From: Octopus vulgaris
Taxonomy: Eukaryota
Direction of reading: 5' to 3'
NCBI GenBank assembly: GCA_951406725.2
Contig: OX597818.1
Coordinates: 96,782,001 to 96,846,000, forward strand
DNA length: 64,000 bases
Part shown: in pieces, positions 36,258 through 49,055 of the stretch
Layout of the letters: each line of letters begins with the position of its first letter
How positions within the stretch are numbered: position 1 is the stretch's first letter
Made by a program: the position numbers and the translations under genes
Notes under the pieces: generated by a model
What the model saw: the letters and a program-made list of their open reading frames with translations, nothing else
Database searches by the model: none
What the model was told of the DNA's origin: nothing

Positions 36258-38242
36258 CACTGCGCATGTCAGTGCTTTTCTTCACAATGAGAGAAGTCGT
36301 GACGCTGGTTTGAAGCGTGGTAAATTATTGAGTCAAGTGAAGCTCAACTACAAGGTAAGACGTTTGTTCTTTGGGGGTTCAGTAGGGGTTTGTTGTTTGT
36401 TGTTCATCTTTTTTCAAGCAAGAAACCTCCACTGAATTCCGGGCATTTGTCTGCCTGTAGTTGAGTGTAGTGTTTCACTTAACGGTGAAAAGTGAGTTGT
36501 TTTGGGGGCGTATCCCGCCTCCAAAAATTGTGAACTTCGTTATTTTTTTGTTCCTGTTGCTGTGTTCCTACTGTTACTGGTTGGCCTGGAGTACTGGTTG
36601 CCGGAAAACTGTGTACGTTATTTTGGGGGCGTATCCCGCCTCCAAAGGATTGAATTCTGGAATTCTGTGTTCCTCTAGTCACCAGTTGGCCTGGAGTACC
36701 TAGTGGCCAGAAAATTTGTGTCTGCTGTGTGCGGAACTGTTTCTCTGGAACTGTTTTCTTCCTTCTTCTTTCTTTCTTTTTTTTATCTTTGAACTATTTT
36801 CTAAAGAACATGGCTAGAGAAAAAAAAGGACACTGTCTTGGAATGGGAGATTGTCCTACACAAGGAGTGGATAAAATACTTGGAGAAGAGGACGGTGGTG
36901 TTGAGGACGTATTCAAAGTCGCTCGACACCATCACAGTCTTCCCAAAAATTGAGATAGAAAAAGAGTGCCAAGTATGCAACGCTATGGTTGCTATTTGAC
37001 ATCCCTGAGGAGGCTCGAAGATTCGCGAGCCAGCCCTTGGAGGGAAAAGAAATACTGTTGTGAGAAAAAGTTGACCTGAGCTTGGATCTGCGGGTTGCCA
37101 ACCGGAATGGAACCCGAGTGGATAGAAGACACTATCCGCGGGGTCTGGGTGGCAGCGGATCCAAGCAGCTAAACGTCAAAATGATGCCGGCAGCTGATTG
37201 GGTTGGGTCAAAAGCTATTTTGACACTGTAGACCAATCAGCTAACAATTTGGTTTTTCCGGATTTTTTGACAATGGCTGGGAAGGACTATCCGATGATAT
37301 TTGTGGAACGCACCCCAAGTGTCACCTGTACCTGGAACCACGCTACATTAAAAAGAACTGTCCCCAGGACCAGAGTAAGGTCCTGGAACAGTTGGTTGAG
37401 AAAGAATCTACCCCTCCCCATTTGGAGGAAGATATGGAGACGGTCGAGAAGGTGGAAACCTCCTCAAAAAGGGGACGTAAAAGGAAGAAGGTGGACAACA
37501 ATGGTTGCCCACCGAGGGATCCTAAGACTACGGGAGGGAGGGAAAACCTTCCGGACAAAACGGAAGAACTCCACCCTCCCGTGGAAAATGGGAAATTGCC
37601 GGTGGTTATTAATACACTGCCGGCATGTCCCGAAACCTCGTCGGTGGGAATTGTGCCACCAACGGAGGATGCTATGGCTTCTACCAGTATAGTGGAGGAG
37701 GAATTTGTAGCCCTTTTCCACAAACGAGGGGCACTTGAAAACTTTGTTAAAAAGTTACCTAAAGGCAGGAGGGAAGGTGTTATAGCCTGTGCTGAGAGCC
37801 CTGAGTGGCCCCCGCAGATAGCTGCAGAGTCATATGGGAGACAGACCTATGCAGGGTGATGAACTCCTTCCCCGAGGACACATTTCGGTTCGCGCTAAAG
37901 TGCTATGACTTAGTGCCATCAAGGTGCTTGAATTAGGTATTAAGCTTAGTCGGGCGCTGGCGGGGCGGAAATAGAGAAAAAAGCAAGAGGCTCTAGCGCC
38001 TTGTGATATGAATATGTATAGAAAAAAAGGAAGAGGCTTAGTGCCTCATTTGTAAGGAACTTGATTCCAGTTGGAACTGTGTAAAAAAAAACAATGTTTT
38101 CGGGAAGCAGCGATCGACGGGCGTCGCCTGCCTTCCATCATCAATATCGTTTATTTTACTTATCATACATATCATTTGTGTTTTGTCCACCCCGCAACTG
38201 CTTCTATCTATGTAAAGCCTTTATGGCTAATCTAATGAAATA
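36258..38242 (+). mobile_element. Tx1-like ORF1-only LINE derivative (~2 kb)
   Basis: Decayed gag-like ORF (degenerate knuckle CHLYLEPRYIKKNC, basic KRGRKRKK); no EN/RT motifs seen; 3' end CCTTTATGGCTAATCTAATGAAATAAA shared with the next element. Confidence 0.6.
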
Positions 38243-38257
38243 AAGAAGCTTGTTTCC

Positions 38258-41200
38258 GGTCGTTGGCTGAGGTCAGTGTTGTTTTTGCTCCGAAAGGGAT
38301 TTTATCGTTTGATATTGGATTTGTTACTGTTGGACTTGTTATTGTATTTTTGGATTGATATTATTGTTGAACCGTGCTGTTGCCCGGTATACCGGGTGAT
38401 AAAAATTGTTATTTCTTTTTGTAGTCATTGTGGCAATCTTTAGACAAAATATTGCGAAAACATCGGACTTGTTAAAGTCGTTTTATACTTTTAAACCTCA
38501 TAAAAAATGTTCGGTGATTGCTGCTGTGACAACCGAAAATATTGATATTCCTGTAGAGACGCTACAGTAATATTTCAAGAGAATGAGAGAGGGGGATGGG
38601 GATATAAAAATATTACCCTCCCCCAAGACGGTTAAAGCAATAATATTTAAATCGATCTATCCGAAAGACAGATGATTTTACCATTTCAAAAAGCAGAAAA
38701 TTGAGAAATGTCTTGCCCTGATTTGGAAGGACGTAACGTATATTGCGAGGAGCAAAACATATGGCACTATTGAGGTGCGTTTCGCGTCTGAAGAAAAGCC
38801 CCGCGGGCACTCTGTCAGCCCCCTGAAAACAGAAGATGTGGTGCTTCTGCCAACCTACAGGGGAAGACGGACTTCTCGTGTAAAGGTGACAGAAGTCCCA
38901 CCAGAAGTAGACCCGAGAGAGGTGATGGCCGCCTTGTTGTTTAACAGGGCGGACAAGATCCAATTCCTACAGATTACATGCTCTGCCCCTCCCCCCCAGA
39001 ATTGGCTCGGACAGAGCATCTCGGCAATCATTAAGGGGGCCCAAGAAGACATTGAAATGCTTCCAGACAGGGTACTTGTGGGTGAGACTATTGTATTGAG
39101 AATCTCTGACGGAGGGAAAAACCCACCTGCTTCGAATGTGGCAAAAAGGGCTACATTCGGGCTGATTGTGAATTAAAATAAAGGAAAAAACGCTGACACC
39201 AGGCCCTTCAAGCAAAAAGTCCCCCCACTCCTACACATGCACCAACCCCCACAAAGACAAAAACTCCCACACCCCGGTGCAAATACCTAAATAGGACATT
39301 GGAAATAAAAAATCTCAACCCCTACACACACACATGCCCCTACAGAAATAAAATTACCCACTCCCCTTAAACCTGAGACACTTGAAAACAGAAACGCAAC
39401 TACTCCCCCCCCCCGACGATACCATGGAGGTACTAGAGTGGGAGTTTACTGTGGTACGCAAGCGTACGTTGACACCCTCCTCATCCACATCCCCTACATA
39501 GAAAACAGACACGACACCTCAGAAATTTAAAAAAGACCGCGCCCAAATGTCACCGCATACTCATGGAATTTGACACTAGGCACGATTATACTCGTGATAT
39601 CCTAGTGCCATATCACAACACCAAACTATATCCTGTACATAAGGATTTGAAAAAACAATGTGCCTGGATAGGGGAAACCCTATACAGGCAACTGAAGTAT
39701 AGAAATCCAACAGCCATCTGGAGGATTGTGAACCTGCCAGGCTAGCTGAAGAAGGAGGAGAAGGAAGAGGCCACTTCACGTGTGATGAAATCGGCTCCAA
39801 CCTCTCTAGTAACTGGTAAGTAGGACCTATGCTTTTTATATAATGGCCTTACTTAACCTTGGTTGTTTGAATGTGCGTGGTCTGAGTTCGAAGTGGAAGC
39901 AGACTTGTTTCCTCGACGACCTCAGATCATACAATATACATGTGATGGTTGCTACAGATACCAAGTTCGACAGTCTACAAACCTTCTCGCCTCTCTTGAA
40001 TGGCTATGAGAAAATCATGTCTCCTAGCCAGACCGGAGGACGATGGTGTGTAGTGGTACTGATCCGTAAAGACTTGGCTCAGAAAGGACCCGAGCTAGGG
40101 GGACGAGATAAGTAATTTTAGTCACCATAACTCTGCTAAATGTAGGGTTAAAGATTTTGGCCAAGGTGCTAGCGAAAAGGTTGGCGCGGGTGGTGGACAG
40201 ACTTGGGGGGGAGTAAACTTGCGCCATCCCGGGCAGGTCGAACCACGACAATTTCTGGCATGGTGGAGCACTGGTACATTTAGACCAGTCTAAAGCATTC
40301 GATAGGGTCGACCAGCGGTACTTGGCAGCGGTCCTCCAGAAGGCTGGCTTGGGCCCGACCTTCCACGGTTGGATTGCTGTTTTGTACAGCGACATCGAGT
40401 CTGTCGTAAAAGTGAATGGTTTCTTCTCAAAACCATTCAGGATCGAACGCTCAGTGTGTCAGGGGTGTTCCCTGTCTCCGCTTCTGAATTTGTTGGCTCT
40501 TGAGTCATTGCTGGTGAAGTTGGAGGTACTAGGGGGCGCGCCGAATGATCTGTGGTGTGGAAGTGGAGCAACGGCGTATGCAGATGACATCTCCATCATC
40601 GTGGCGGATGAGGGCCAGCTTCCAGTGGTGGGAGAGGTCATCAAAAGTTACGAGGCGGAGGCAGGAGCAAAGGTTAAGAAGGACAAGTTAGTCGGTTTGC
40701 AACTCAGCACCTGGAGGGACAAGCCGATGACGTCCAATAACATCGTCGGGCGTTGGACGGAAGGTCCTGTTAAGCTGCTTGGGTCTGGTTTGGTTCAGAC
40801 CACCAGATAGAGAAAAATTGGAGTGAGGTAACCAGCAGAGTAACTACTCTAACCCAGACTTGGTCTGGGCGGGCGTTATCTTTGCTAGAGGAGGCGGAGG
40901 TGGTGCAGATGTTTATAGCATCAGTTATTACCTACCGTCTGACCGTGATGCCATGCTCCGATTTGTGGCTGAACAAGTTGGAGAGAATCTTTTTCCGCTT
41001 TTTGTGGAGGGGAGGAAATCCGCTTGTGAAGCGCTGTCTACTGCCAGAAACTGCTAAAGGGTGGGTTAGGGATTCCTTGGCTGAAGATGCAAAAACTCGC
41101 GTTAAGGTTGAGGCACCTCTAGCTTTACCTGGATGGGGAGCAGGTGTGATCACTGCACGTCCAGTTCTACCTTCCGCATATAACGTCCTTAACGGACATT

Positions 41201-42089
41201 GGAGCATGGATCAAGCAGAGACCTAGACTGGCACTTCAGCTACTCTTTCGGGAGAACAATACCGCCAGAAGGAGTACCACCGTGGATTTTTATAGCGAGT
41301 TAGTGGGTTTTATGTCCGAAGACGCCTTGGTGGAGACCCTGGGCTACGATGAAAATCAGTTGATCAACCTATTCAGCAGAACGTTCGGGCCGGGGTATCT
41401 GGATAATTACCAGAAATCCCTGGCTTGGCAGTGCTTCCGTGCGGCGTTACCTGTTCGATACAAACAGTCAAGGCGCGGAAGTGCTGTCTCGCCGACATGT
41501 CTTGCACGCATATTAAAGGGACTGATAGTTTTCGCAGAACAACTGTTGTCATCGATGGAAAGAGTACAGCTTTCGGCTGTGCCACCTCCCTCACTTAACA
41601 GGGAAAGGAAGACTTGTTTTGTTTTTTTCTGAGTAGTAGCCATACTGAAAGAAACAGTATGGAAGACGCGTGTAAGAAAGATAGTGACAGGTACCTTTGT
41701 CTCTGGAAGGGGTTGGTAAACCCTTTTTGTTACCACCTCATAAGTAAGATCAGGCTGGAGTAGTGGTGCTTGTCGCTGAGAGCATTTGTAAAAAGATGGA
41801 AGCTTGTAGCAAGCAAGTTGAGAGTGACCGGCACCAGGTACGTGGGATCAGTGGTAGAAAGCAAAGGTTCTACCCAGATGGCTGGACTCCTTTCCTTCCG
41901 AGGCAAATTGTTGCTTTTTGCAATAATATTTATGCAAATAAATTTTTAAATTACATCTGTAATCACATCATTCATACGAACATTAATTTTTAACTAAAAG
42001 CAGCTTCTTCACCCTTTGTACTTGTCTGTGCTTGTCTGTCCTTGTTTGTCCCGTCTGTGTACTACCTTTATGGCGAATTTCATGAAATA
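38258..42089 (+). mobile_element. Tx1-clade (L1 group) LINE with ORF1 and internally deleted ORF2
   Basis: ORF1 knuckle CFECGKKGYIRADC; APE GCLNVRGL; RT ITLLNVGLKILAKVLAKRL, LDQSKAFDRVD, QGCSLSPLL and AYADDISI. Confidence 0.88.
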
Positions 42090-42230
42090 AAGAAGCTTGT
42101 TTCTTAGCTACCTGGTTCTGGGTTCAATTCCATTGAGTGGCACCTTAGAGAAGTGTATTCAACCATAGCTCCGGGCCGACCAAAGCCTTGTGAGCGGATT
42201 TGGTAGACGGAAACTGAAAAGAAGCCCGTC

Positions 42231-42268
<38 letters not shown>

Positions 42269-42515
42269 TTATACGGGTGTGTGTGTAAGTTTATTTATAT
42301 GTCTCTGTATCTGTGTTTGTCCCCCCACCCACCATCGCTTGACAACCGGTGTTGGTGTGTTTACGTCCCCGCAACAAGCGGTTCGGCAAAAGAAACCGAT
42401 AGAATAAGTACCGGGCTTACATAGAATAAGTCTTGTAGTCGATTTCCCCGACTAAAAGGCAGTGCTCCACCATGGCCGCAGTCAAATGGCTGAAACAAGT
42501 AAAACAATAAAAGAA
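42090..42515 (+). mobile_element. SINE A remainder (from AAGAAGCTTG onward)
   Basis: Continues exactly where 36221-36257 stops; full body and tail. Confidence 0.85.
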
Positions 42516-42793
42516 TATTACACACACATATACACACACACACACACAATGTTTCTTCCATTTCTCTTAAAATGTTTCTTCTATTTTTACGTGTTACAAT
42601 ACCGATGCTTTCTTCTCTTTCGTCTTCGACTAACGATCTAAACCTCCGCTTACTTATTATAAAACTGGGTACAAAACCTTATCTCTTTCCTTTAATTTGC
42701 TGTGATACTTACTTCAAATTTTTGCACAAGGCCAACAATTTCGGGGAAGAGAGTTTAGTAATTTACATCGACCCCAGTGTTTAACTGGTACTT

Positions 42794-43107
42794 GTTGTTG
42801 TTGTTGTCTGTTCCTTCTCGATCCACGCCTGGCTCATAAGGGCCAGTTTCTCGGTTTCCTTGGCGTATAGGTTCCCCACCTGGACGGGACACCGGTCCGT
42901 CGCAGGTGAGTTGCAAGATGCAGGAGGAAAGAGTGGGAGAAAGTTGTGTCCGAAGAGTCAGCAGAAGTTCGCCATTACCTTCTGCTGGAGCCGCGTGGAG
43001 CTTAAATGTTTCGCTCGTAAACACACACATCGCCCGGTCTGAGATTCGAACCCGCGATCCCTCGACCGCGAGTCCGCTACTCTAACAACTAGGCTATGTG
43101 CCTCCAC
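42794..43107 (-). mobile_element. third tRNA-derived SINE with (CAA)n tail, nested in a SINE B
   Basis: A/B boxes TAGCCTAGTTGTTAG / GGTTCGAATC on the minus strand; 12-bp TSD TAACTGGTACTT. Confidence 0.85.
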
Positions 43108-43794
43108 TAACTGGTACTTATTTTAGCGAAATTTTAGTTCAGAATGTAAGTGTGGACGAAATGCCACAAAGCATTTTTCCCGGCGTGCTAACGATTCTGC
43201 CAGCTTATCGACTTAATTTGCTGTAGTATTTGCAATGAAATTGAGATTAAATTTATCAAAAAGTATCATATAATTACTCATCCGTATAATTTTCTGACTT
43301 TGCTCAGGTCGATACACAATTGTGATACCAAAATACTATGAAAGCATTTTTAAAACCAAATATACGCACTTGAAATAAATTGTAATACTGGTGTGTATAA
43401 CACCAGTATTTCAATTTATAGCTTTGAACAAATTTATAGCTTTGAACGAAGCTAGCTAAAATATTTGTCTCAGAGAAAATATATCACAGAGAACCGTGTG
43501 TTAAGGCTTCTGATCAGAATTTCAATGACTCACTAGATACGATGTGTTGGACTTGATATGATCTCCAGAATTACGCATACCCTGATTTCAAGAACGTATA
43601 TTAATTAATCCTACCTAGCTTTCGCACAAACCAGTAACTGTTTTGTTTACTGATTTTCATATTGGAACAAGCATTTTTGGCTTAGCTCAAAACGTTCATC
43701 AGAGTATTCTTCGCTAAGGAAACAAAGTCATGTCGACGTCCCGCGTCTTGATTTACAAATACATACACTGGTAGTTTTTAAAAATCTCAACTTT

Positions 43795-44372
43795 TCTACT
43801 CTTGGCACAACGCCCGAAATTTTGGGGGAGGGGACCAGTCGATTACATCGACCCCAGTACGTAACTGGTACTTAATTTATCGACCCCAAAAGGATGAAAG
43901 GCAAAGTCGACCTCGGCGGAATTTGAACTCACAACGTAACGGCATACGAAATACCTATTTCTTTACTGCCCACAAGGGGCTACACACAGAGTGGACAAAC
44001 AAGGACAGACAAGCGGATTAAGTCGATTATATCGACCCCAGTGCGTAACTGGTACTTAATTTATCGACCCTGAAAGGATGAAAGGCAAAGTCGACCTCGG
44101 CGGAATTTGAACTCAGAACGTAGCGACAGACGAAATACCTATTTCTTTACTACCCACAAGTGGCTAAACACAGAGAGGACAAACAAGGACAGACAAACGG
44201 ATTAAGTCGATTATATCGACCCCAGTGCGTAACTGGTACTTATTTAATCGACCCTGAAAGGATGAAAGGCTAAGTTGACCTCGGCGTAATTTGAACTCAG
44301 AACATAACGGCAGACGAAATACGGCTACGCATTTCGCCCGGCATGCTAACGTTTCTGCCAGCTCGCCGCCTT
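43795..44372 (-). mobile_element. head-to-tail SINE B trimer
   Basis: Three ~160-230-bp units; a single TSD AAATCTCAACTTT at 43782-43794 and 44376-44388. Confidence 0.88.
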
Positions 44373-46602
44373 TTTAAATCTCAACTTTAACATCTTAAAA
44401 GAATCATGAAAACCAAAATGAACAGCAATAATTAAACAACCATAATCTTCCTTTATATTTATAAAACAGTTCAGTGATTCAAAGGTTTATTTGATAGGAA
44501 AAAGGGAAAAGAAAAATCTAAATCGTTACTTTTTTAACAAAATCACTGATAAAAGGAATAGGTATTTATTTACTTTATTAAAATAGTAAGAAAAATTCGT
44601 TATAGGCTCTAAAATGTTGAAATATAAATGAAAAGTTCTTACACATATTGATCAGAAAGAAGGTTATGTCTATAAAAACTGAGGTTTAAATAAGTCTTCG
44701 TATCATAGGTACAAGGTCTTTAAATTCTCTGACCTAAATCAGCGCTGCACTAAATTAAAAATCTGTTTTCAAAAGGGAGATAGGGAAATTGTAAATATTT
44801 TGCAATTCCAAAAGTATGCGAAAAATCAATTGAAGAAATCTGTAAATAAATACGAGAAAGATGTGTTCGAATTATTTTAAAAAAGCATTTTCATTTTATA
44901 TTAGAATAATTATTCCAAAAGCATATCTGAGATTCAGAGGTTAAGTCCAAAGTTTAATGACGAGCGTTCGTAATACTAACAACTCAGTAATAATACTTTT
45001 TAATAGTATTACTTTTATTAATAGTATTATTACATTATAAATCAGGGTGGTATATTGATGGAATCGATTGAGCGTCGAACAAAATGCTTTATGGATTTAT
45101 CCCGGTTCTTTAAGTTTTGAGCTGAAACGTTGCTGAGGATAACTTTGCCTTTCCTCCATTCAAGATTGGTATAATAAGTACCAGTCAAGTACAGAAACGA
45201 TGGGATTGACTAAACACCTGTTCTCAAGAACAGCTAATTTTCAACCGAGTCTCACTGACTCTATATGCGTATTCTATATACATAACGTACAACAGAGCCA
45301 TATCGAAATCCTTAGAACCGTATTCTTTGAAGCACTTTAATTCACTTGAACATTACTGCTCTGCATGTGTATTCTAGTTAAAGTCCAGCGAAAAACGGTT
45401 TATCATATGTTTCAATACCTCAGTGTTTTTATATCAAATTTTAAATGTCTCCTAGCGTAAACGTGCAAATATTTCATCTACTACAAACAATATAACCCAC
45501 TGAAACTAAGTTAAGTTTCATATCTTGCACTTGCTATTCCATCTATACCGAGTTAGATTTCACTTTCCCAATGTTACTTAAGCAGTCAAAAGTAATAATG
45601 TCTTATAAAGTTAACATTCCACATATCGCATGCCTTATTTGTATAATTTTTTTCTGTCAATGCTCTCAACTACTTAACATAAATAAAGACTATGCTAATA
45701 TCTCTGCGGGATTCAGAGATTGTTACTCGGTCAGTATTTTTAAACGCTCTATATCATTTTTAATCCATCAATTAAAACACAGAATAGTTGGAGGATAACT
45801 TACTTCTGCTTATTTAATGTATAAATGTATTTTTAAAAACCCACTTGTAATTCTGAGTTTCTTCCTTAATATTATTATCATCAAATAATTCTTGACATAA
45901 AATGCTTATATTTTAAGCGAATTGAAAGTACGACGCTCAAGGTTTCCCAAAGCCATAAGCGTAGTAAAGGAAGAGTATTAGGGGTAACCAGAAATTAAAT
46001 GCCGTGGTCTCAACTAATTTCTGAACAGAGTTACCCGTGCGCTAGCTCAGAAGTCCTTAATTAGTATTTTGATACTAGTATTCCGCTATAATATGTCACC
46101 AACGAAGCATCATAACTCTCAAACGGCCAAACTGCTTCGCTAAAATCAATTTGTTCGAGAGGTACAATTAAATATGGGGTGTACTAAACACAGAAAATAA
46201 GTGCGAAGTTTTGCTAGATTTTAATGCTTCTTTCAGATCTTGTCGACAAAAGTATTTTTTGCGAAGAGTAATAGCAATTGGTTTCAAGCAGGAATCGAAA
46301 CCAATATAGTGTGTTCCGCATTTTCAAAACTTATATTTCTCACCACGACAGGAAAATTGATTATAAATCACAACCGTAACATTGAATCAAATTTACAAAT
46401 ATATAATTTCAAAAGCAGAACTGAAATTCAATATTCAATGTGAAATTCTAGAAGATAGCAATCTATCCTCTTTGAGAAAGATTTTCTGAAATTTGATTTT
46501 CAGATTAGTGTGATATGTCAAAATTATGATTTGTCAGCGTCTGAAAGAGTTAAACGTGTCCTGCACATATTGTTATTGCCAACAAAGCATTACTGAAATT
46601 GC

Positions 46603-46636
46603 TATAAAAGGGGAGCATTTCACAGATTTCATCAGT
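46603..46636 (+). promoter_or_regulatory. hemocyanin core promoter: TATA box plus initiator
   Basis: TATAAAAG at 46603; TCAGT Inr at 46632, 29 bp downstream; ATG at 46678. Confidence 0.8.
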
Positions 46637-46677
46637 GTTGCCTTCAGCTGAAGTCTGAACACTGACTTCAAGAAGTC

Positions 46678-46716
46678 ATGATGAAGATTCATTGCCTCTT
46701 TGCGATCGTCTTCGCC
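46678..46716 (+). CDS. Hc: hemocyanin exon 1 (signal peptide part 1, MMKIHCLFAIVFA)
   Basis: Hydrophobic leader; GTAAGT donor, phase 0. Confidence 0.88.
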
Positions 46717-46789
46717 GTAAGTTAAACAGAGTTCTTTAATTTTCTATGCACTTATCGAAACTAACATTTCTTTCTTAATATTTTGCACA

Positions 46790-47900
46790 TTGAAGGGCAG
46801 CAAGCTGGCAGAATCGTTAGCACGCAGGGCGAAATGTTTAGCGGTATTTCATCTGCCGTTACTTTGTGAGTTCAAATTCCGCCGAGGTCGACTTTGATTT
46901 TTATCCTTTCGAGGTCGATTAAATAAGTACCACTGGGCAATAAAGAAATGAATATTTTGCACATTAAAAGCGGCGAGCTGGCAGAATCGTTTGCACTCTG
47001 GGCAAAATGCTTAGCGGCATTTCGTCCTTCTTTATATTCTGAGTTCGAATCACACGGAGGCTTATTTTGCCTTTCATCCTTTCGGCGTCGATAGAATAAG
47101 TACCAGTTCAACAGTGTGGTCGATGTAACCGACTTAACCGTTCTCTCGAAATTGCTGGCCTTGTGCCAAAATTTGAAACCAGTATTATTCTACTGTTAGG
47201 TAGCGAGCTGGCAGAATCACCACCGTACTTGACTAAATACTAAGCAGCTTTCTCAAATTTCGTCCGTCTTTACGTTCTGAGTTCAATTCTGCTCATGTCG
47301 ACGTGCCCTTCCATCCTTTCAAGGTCGATAAAATAAGTACCAGCTAACCACTGAGGTCTATCCAGTCTACTTGCCACCTGCCTTGAAATTGCTGGCCTTG
47401 TGCCAAAATTTAAAACCAATATTTTGCACACTGAAAGCAGCGAGCTGACAGAATCGTAAGCACTCCAGGAAAATTGCTTAGCGGCAATTCGTCCGTCTTT
47501 ACATTCGGAGTTCAATTGCTGGCCTTGTGCCGAAATTTGAAACCATTATTTTGCAGTCTTTGTTCTGAATTCAAATGCTGACGAGGTCGACATTGCCTTT
47601 CATTCTTTCTGGGGTCGATAAAACAAGTACTAGCTGATGTAATCGACTGCTCGCTGACCTCGAAATTGCTGACATCATGCCATAATTAGAAAGATTGGCA
47701 GAATCGTTAGAGCATTGGAAAACAGTGATTTGTGGTCTTAGGTATCTTTTACATTCTGAATTCAAACCCCACCGAGGTCAACTTTCTCGTTAATCCTTTC
47801 GAGATCGATAAAATAATGTATTAGTCAAGAACTTGGGACTTGCTGTATTAAATAACATCCTCCATCTCCATTTCTGACCTTTTTCCTATTTTAGAAACCA
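46790..47900 (+). mobile_element. stack of about six SINE B copies/fragments in hemocyanin intron 1
   Basis: Heads near 46792, 46968, 47198, 47434 and 47695, plus a partial copy at ~47560; all in sense orientation. Confidence 0.85.
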
Positions 47901-48060
47901 TTATTTTCCATGTTACAAATCTTTTAAATGGTAAATGTTAGAAATATAAATTTATACGTTTCTATTGCTTTATCTCAATTCATATTTGATACAACTTTTA
48001 AAATATCTTATTTGTTGACATAATTAAATTCTAATTTATAAATTTCTAATTTATTTCTAG

Positions 48061-48085
48061 TTCTTGCTATGCGGAAGTGCAGAAG
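48061..48085 (+). CDS. Hc: hemocyanin exon 2 (25-nt micro-exon, FLLCGSAE-G)
   Basis: TTTCTAG acceptor, GTAACC donor, phase 1; completes the signal peptide with an A-E-G cleavage site before NLIRK. Confidence 0.85.
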
Positions 48086-49055
48086 GTAACCAATATTTCT
48101 ATATTGCATATTTTAACATCGCAATAGCCAATTAGAAGATGGTTAAGTTAGTTTGCTTGAATATAAATCTATGTACATCTGTTAAAGTAGACTACAGAAA
48201 GGGATTCTTTTCTTCAGCTGGTGTCTTGATAGGATCAGCTAATTCTGAATCTTTAACTGCTATTTATTATTCGGAATCACATCGCTATTCACTCTCCAAA
48301 TATGATATATAAAAAAGCACCTTTTGGAATATTCATTGCGTACATTTTGAAGTCATCTTTGCGGTTAAATCTTCAATGTTTGAACTACTCAGAGTCTTGT
48401 CTCACATTACTAGCATCGTTTTTTCTTATCTGCTGAAAACCATCCAAAGAAATTCGCCAGCAAATTTGTAAAGCAAACGCTGGAACATTACGGACAATAA
48501 GAGTGAGCTGTGAGTACAAGTACAAAATACAAAATAGATCAATGTGAGCGAATCGAAAGGCACTCACCAATTTTTTTTTTTTTTTTTTTGTTCAGAATTA
48601 TGATTTACAACAAAAGGGATTCGAGATACACTTGACAATGGAGAAAATTCACTATTTTATATATATATATTTAAAGATGTCCTAGCCTCTTATCACTTCC
48701 AGTATGGCAAATTTGTATGGAATCTCCCTCTCGATAATGTTGACTGTGATAATAAATATACATTTTAAACGACTACTCGAGCACCTGATTATTACGGCTA
48801 TATTCTAAATTCTATTACAATATTTACATATTATACCCATACTAAAAATAAAAATATAAAGAACTGCGCTGCATCACAAATGAATTGATGAGCCTGTCAT
48901 CGTCTTGGTAACAAATTATTGAAGCACTCCTAATATAAATTAAATGTAAAATTCTTTGATCGTCTAGAGATCTCGTATACAAAACTTTTAATTAACAAAA
49001 TAAGACATAATGCAATACAAATAACATTATTAATTCAAACTTCTTTCTATTTCAG

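Noticed and set aside
46626-46646. Iron-responsive element (CAGTGT) in the hemocyanin 5' UTR
   Set aside because: Flanks do not form the 5-bp upper stem with a C bulge
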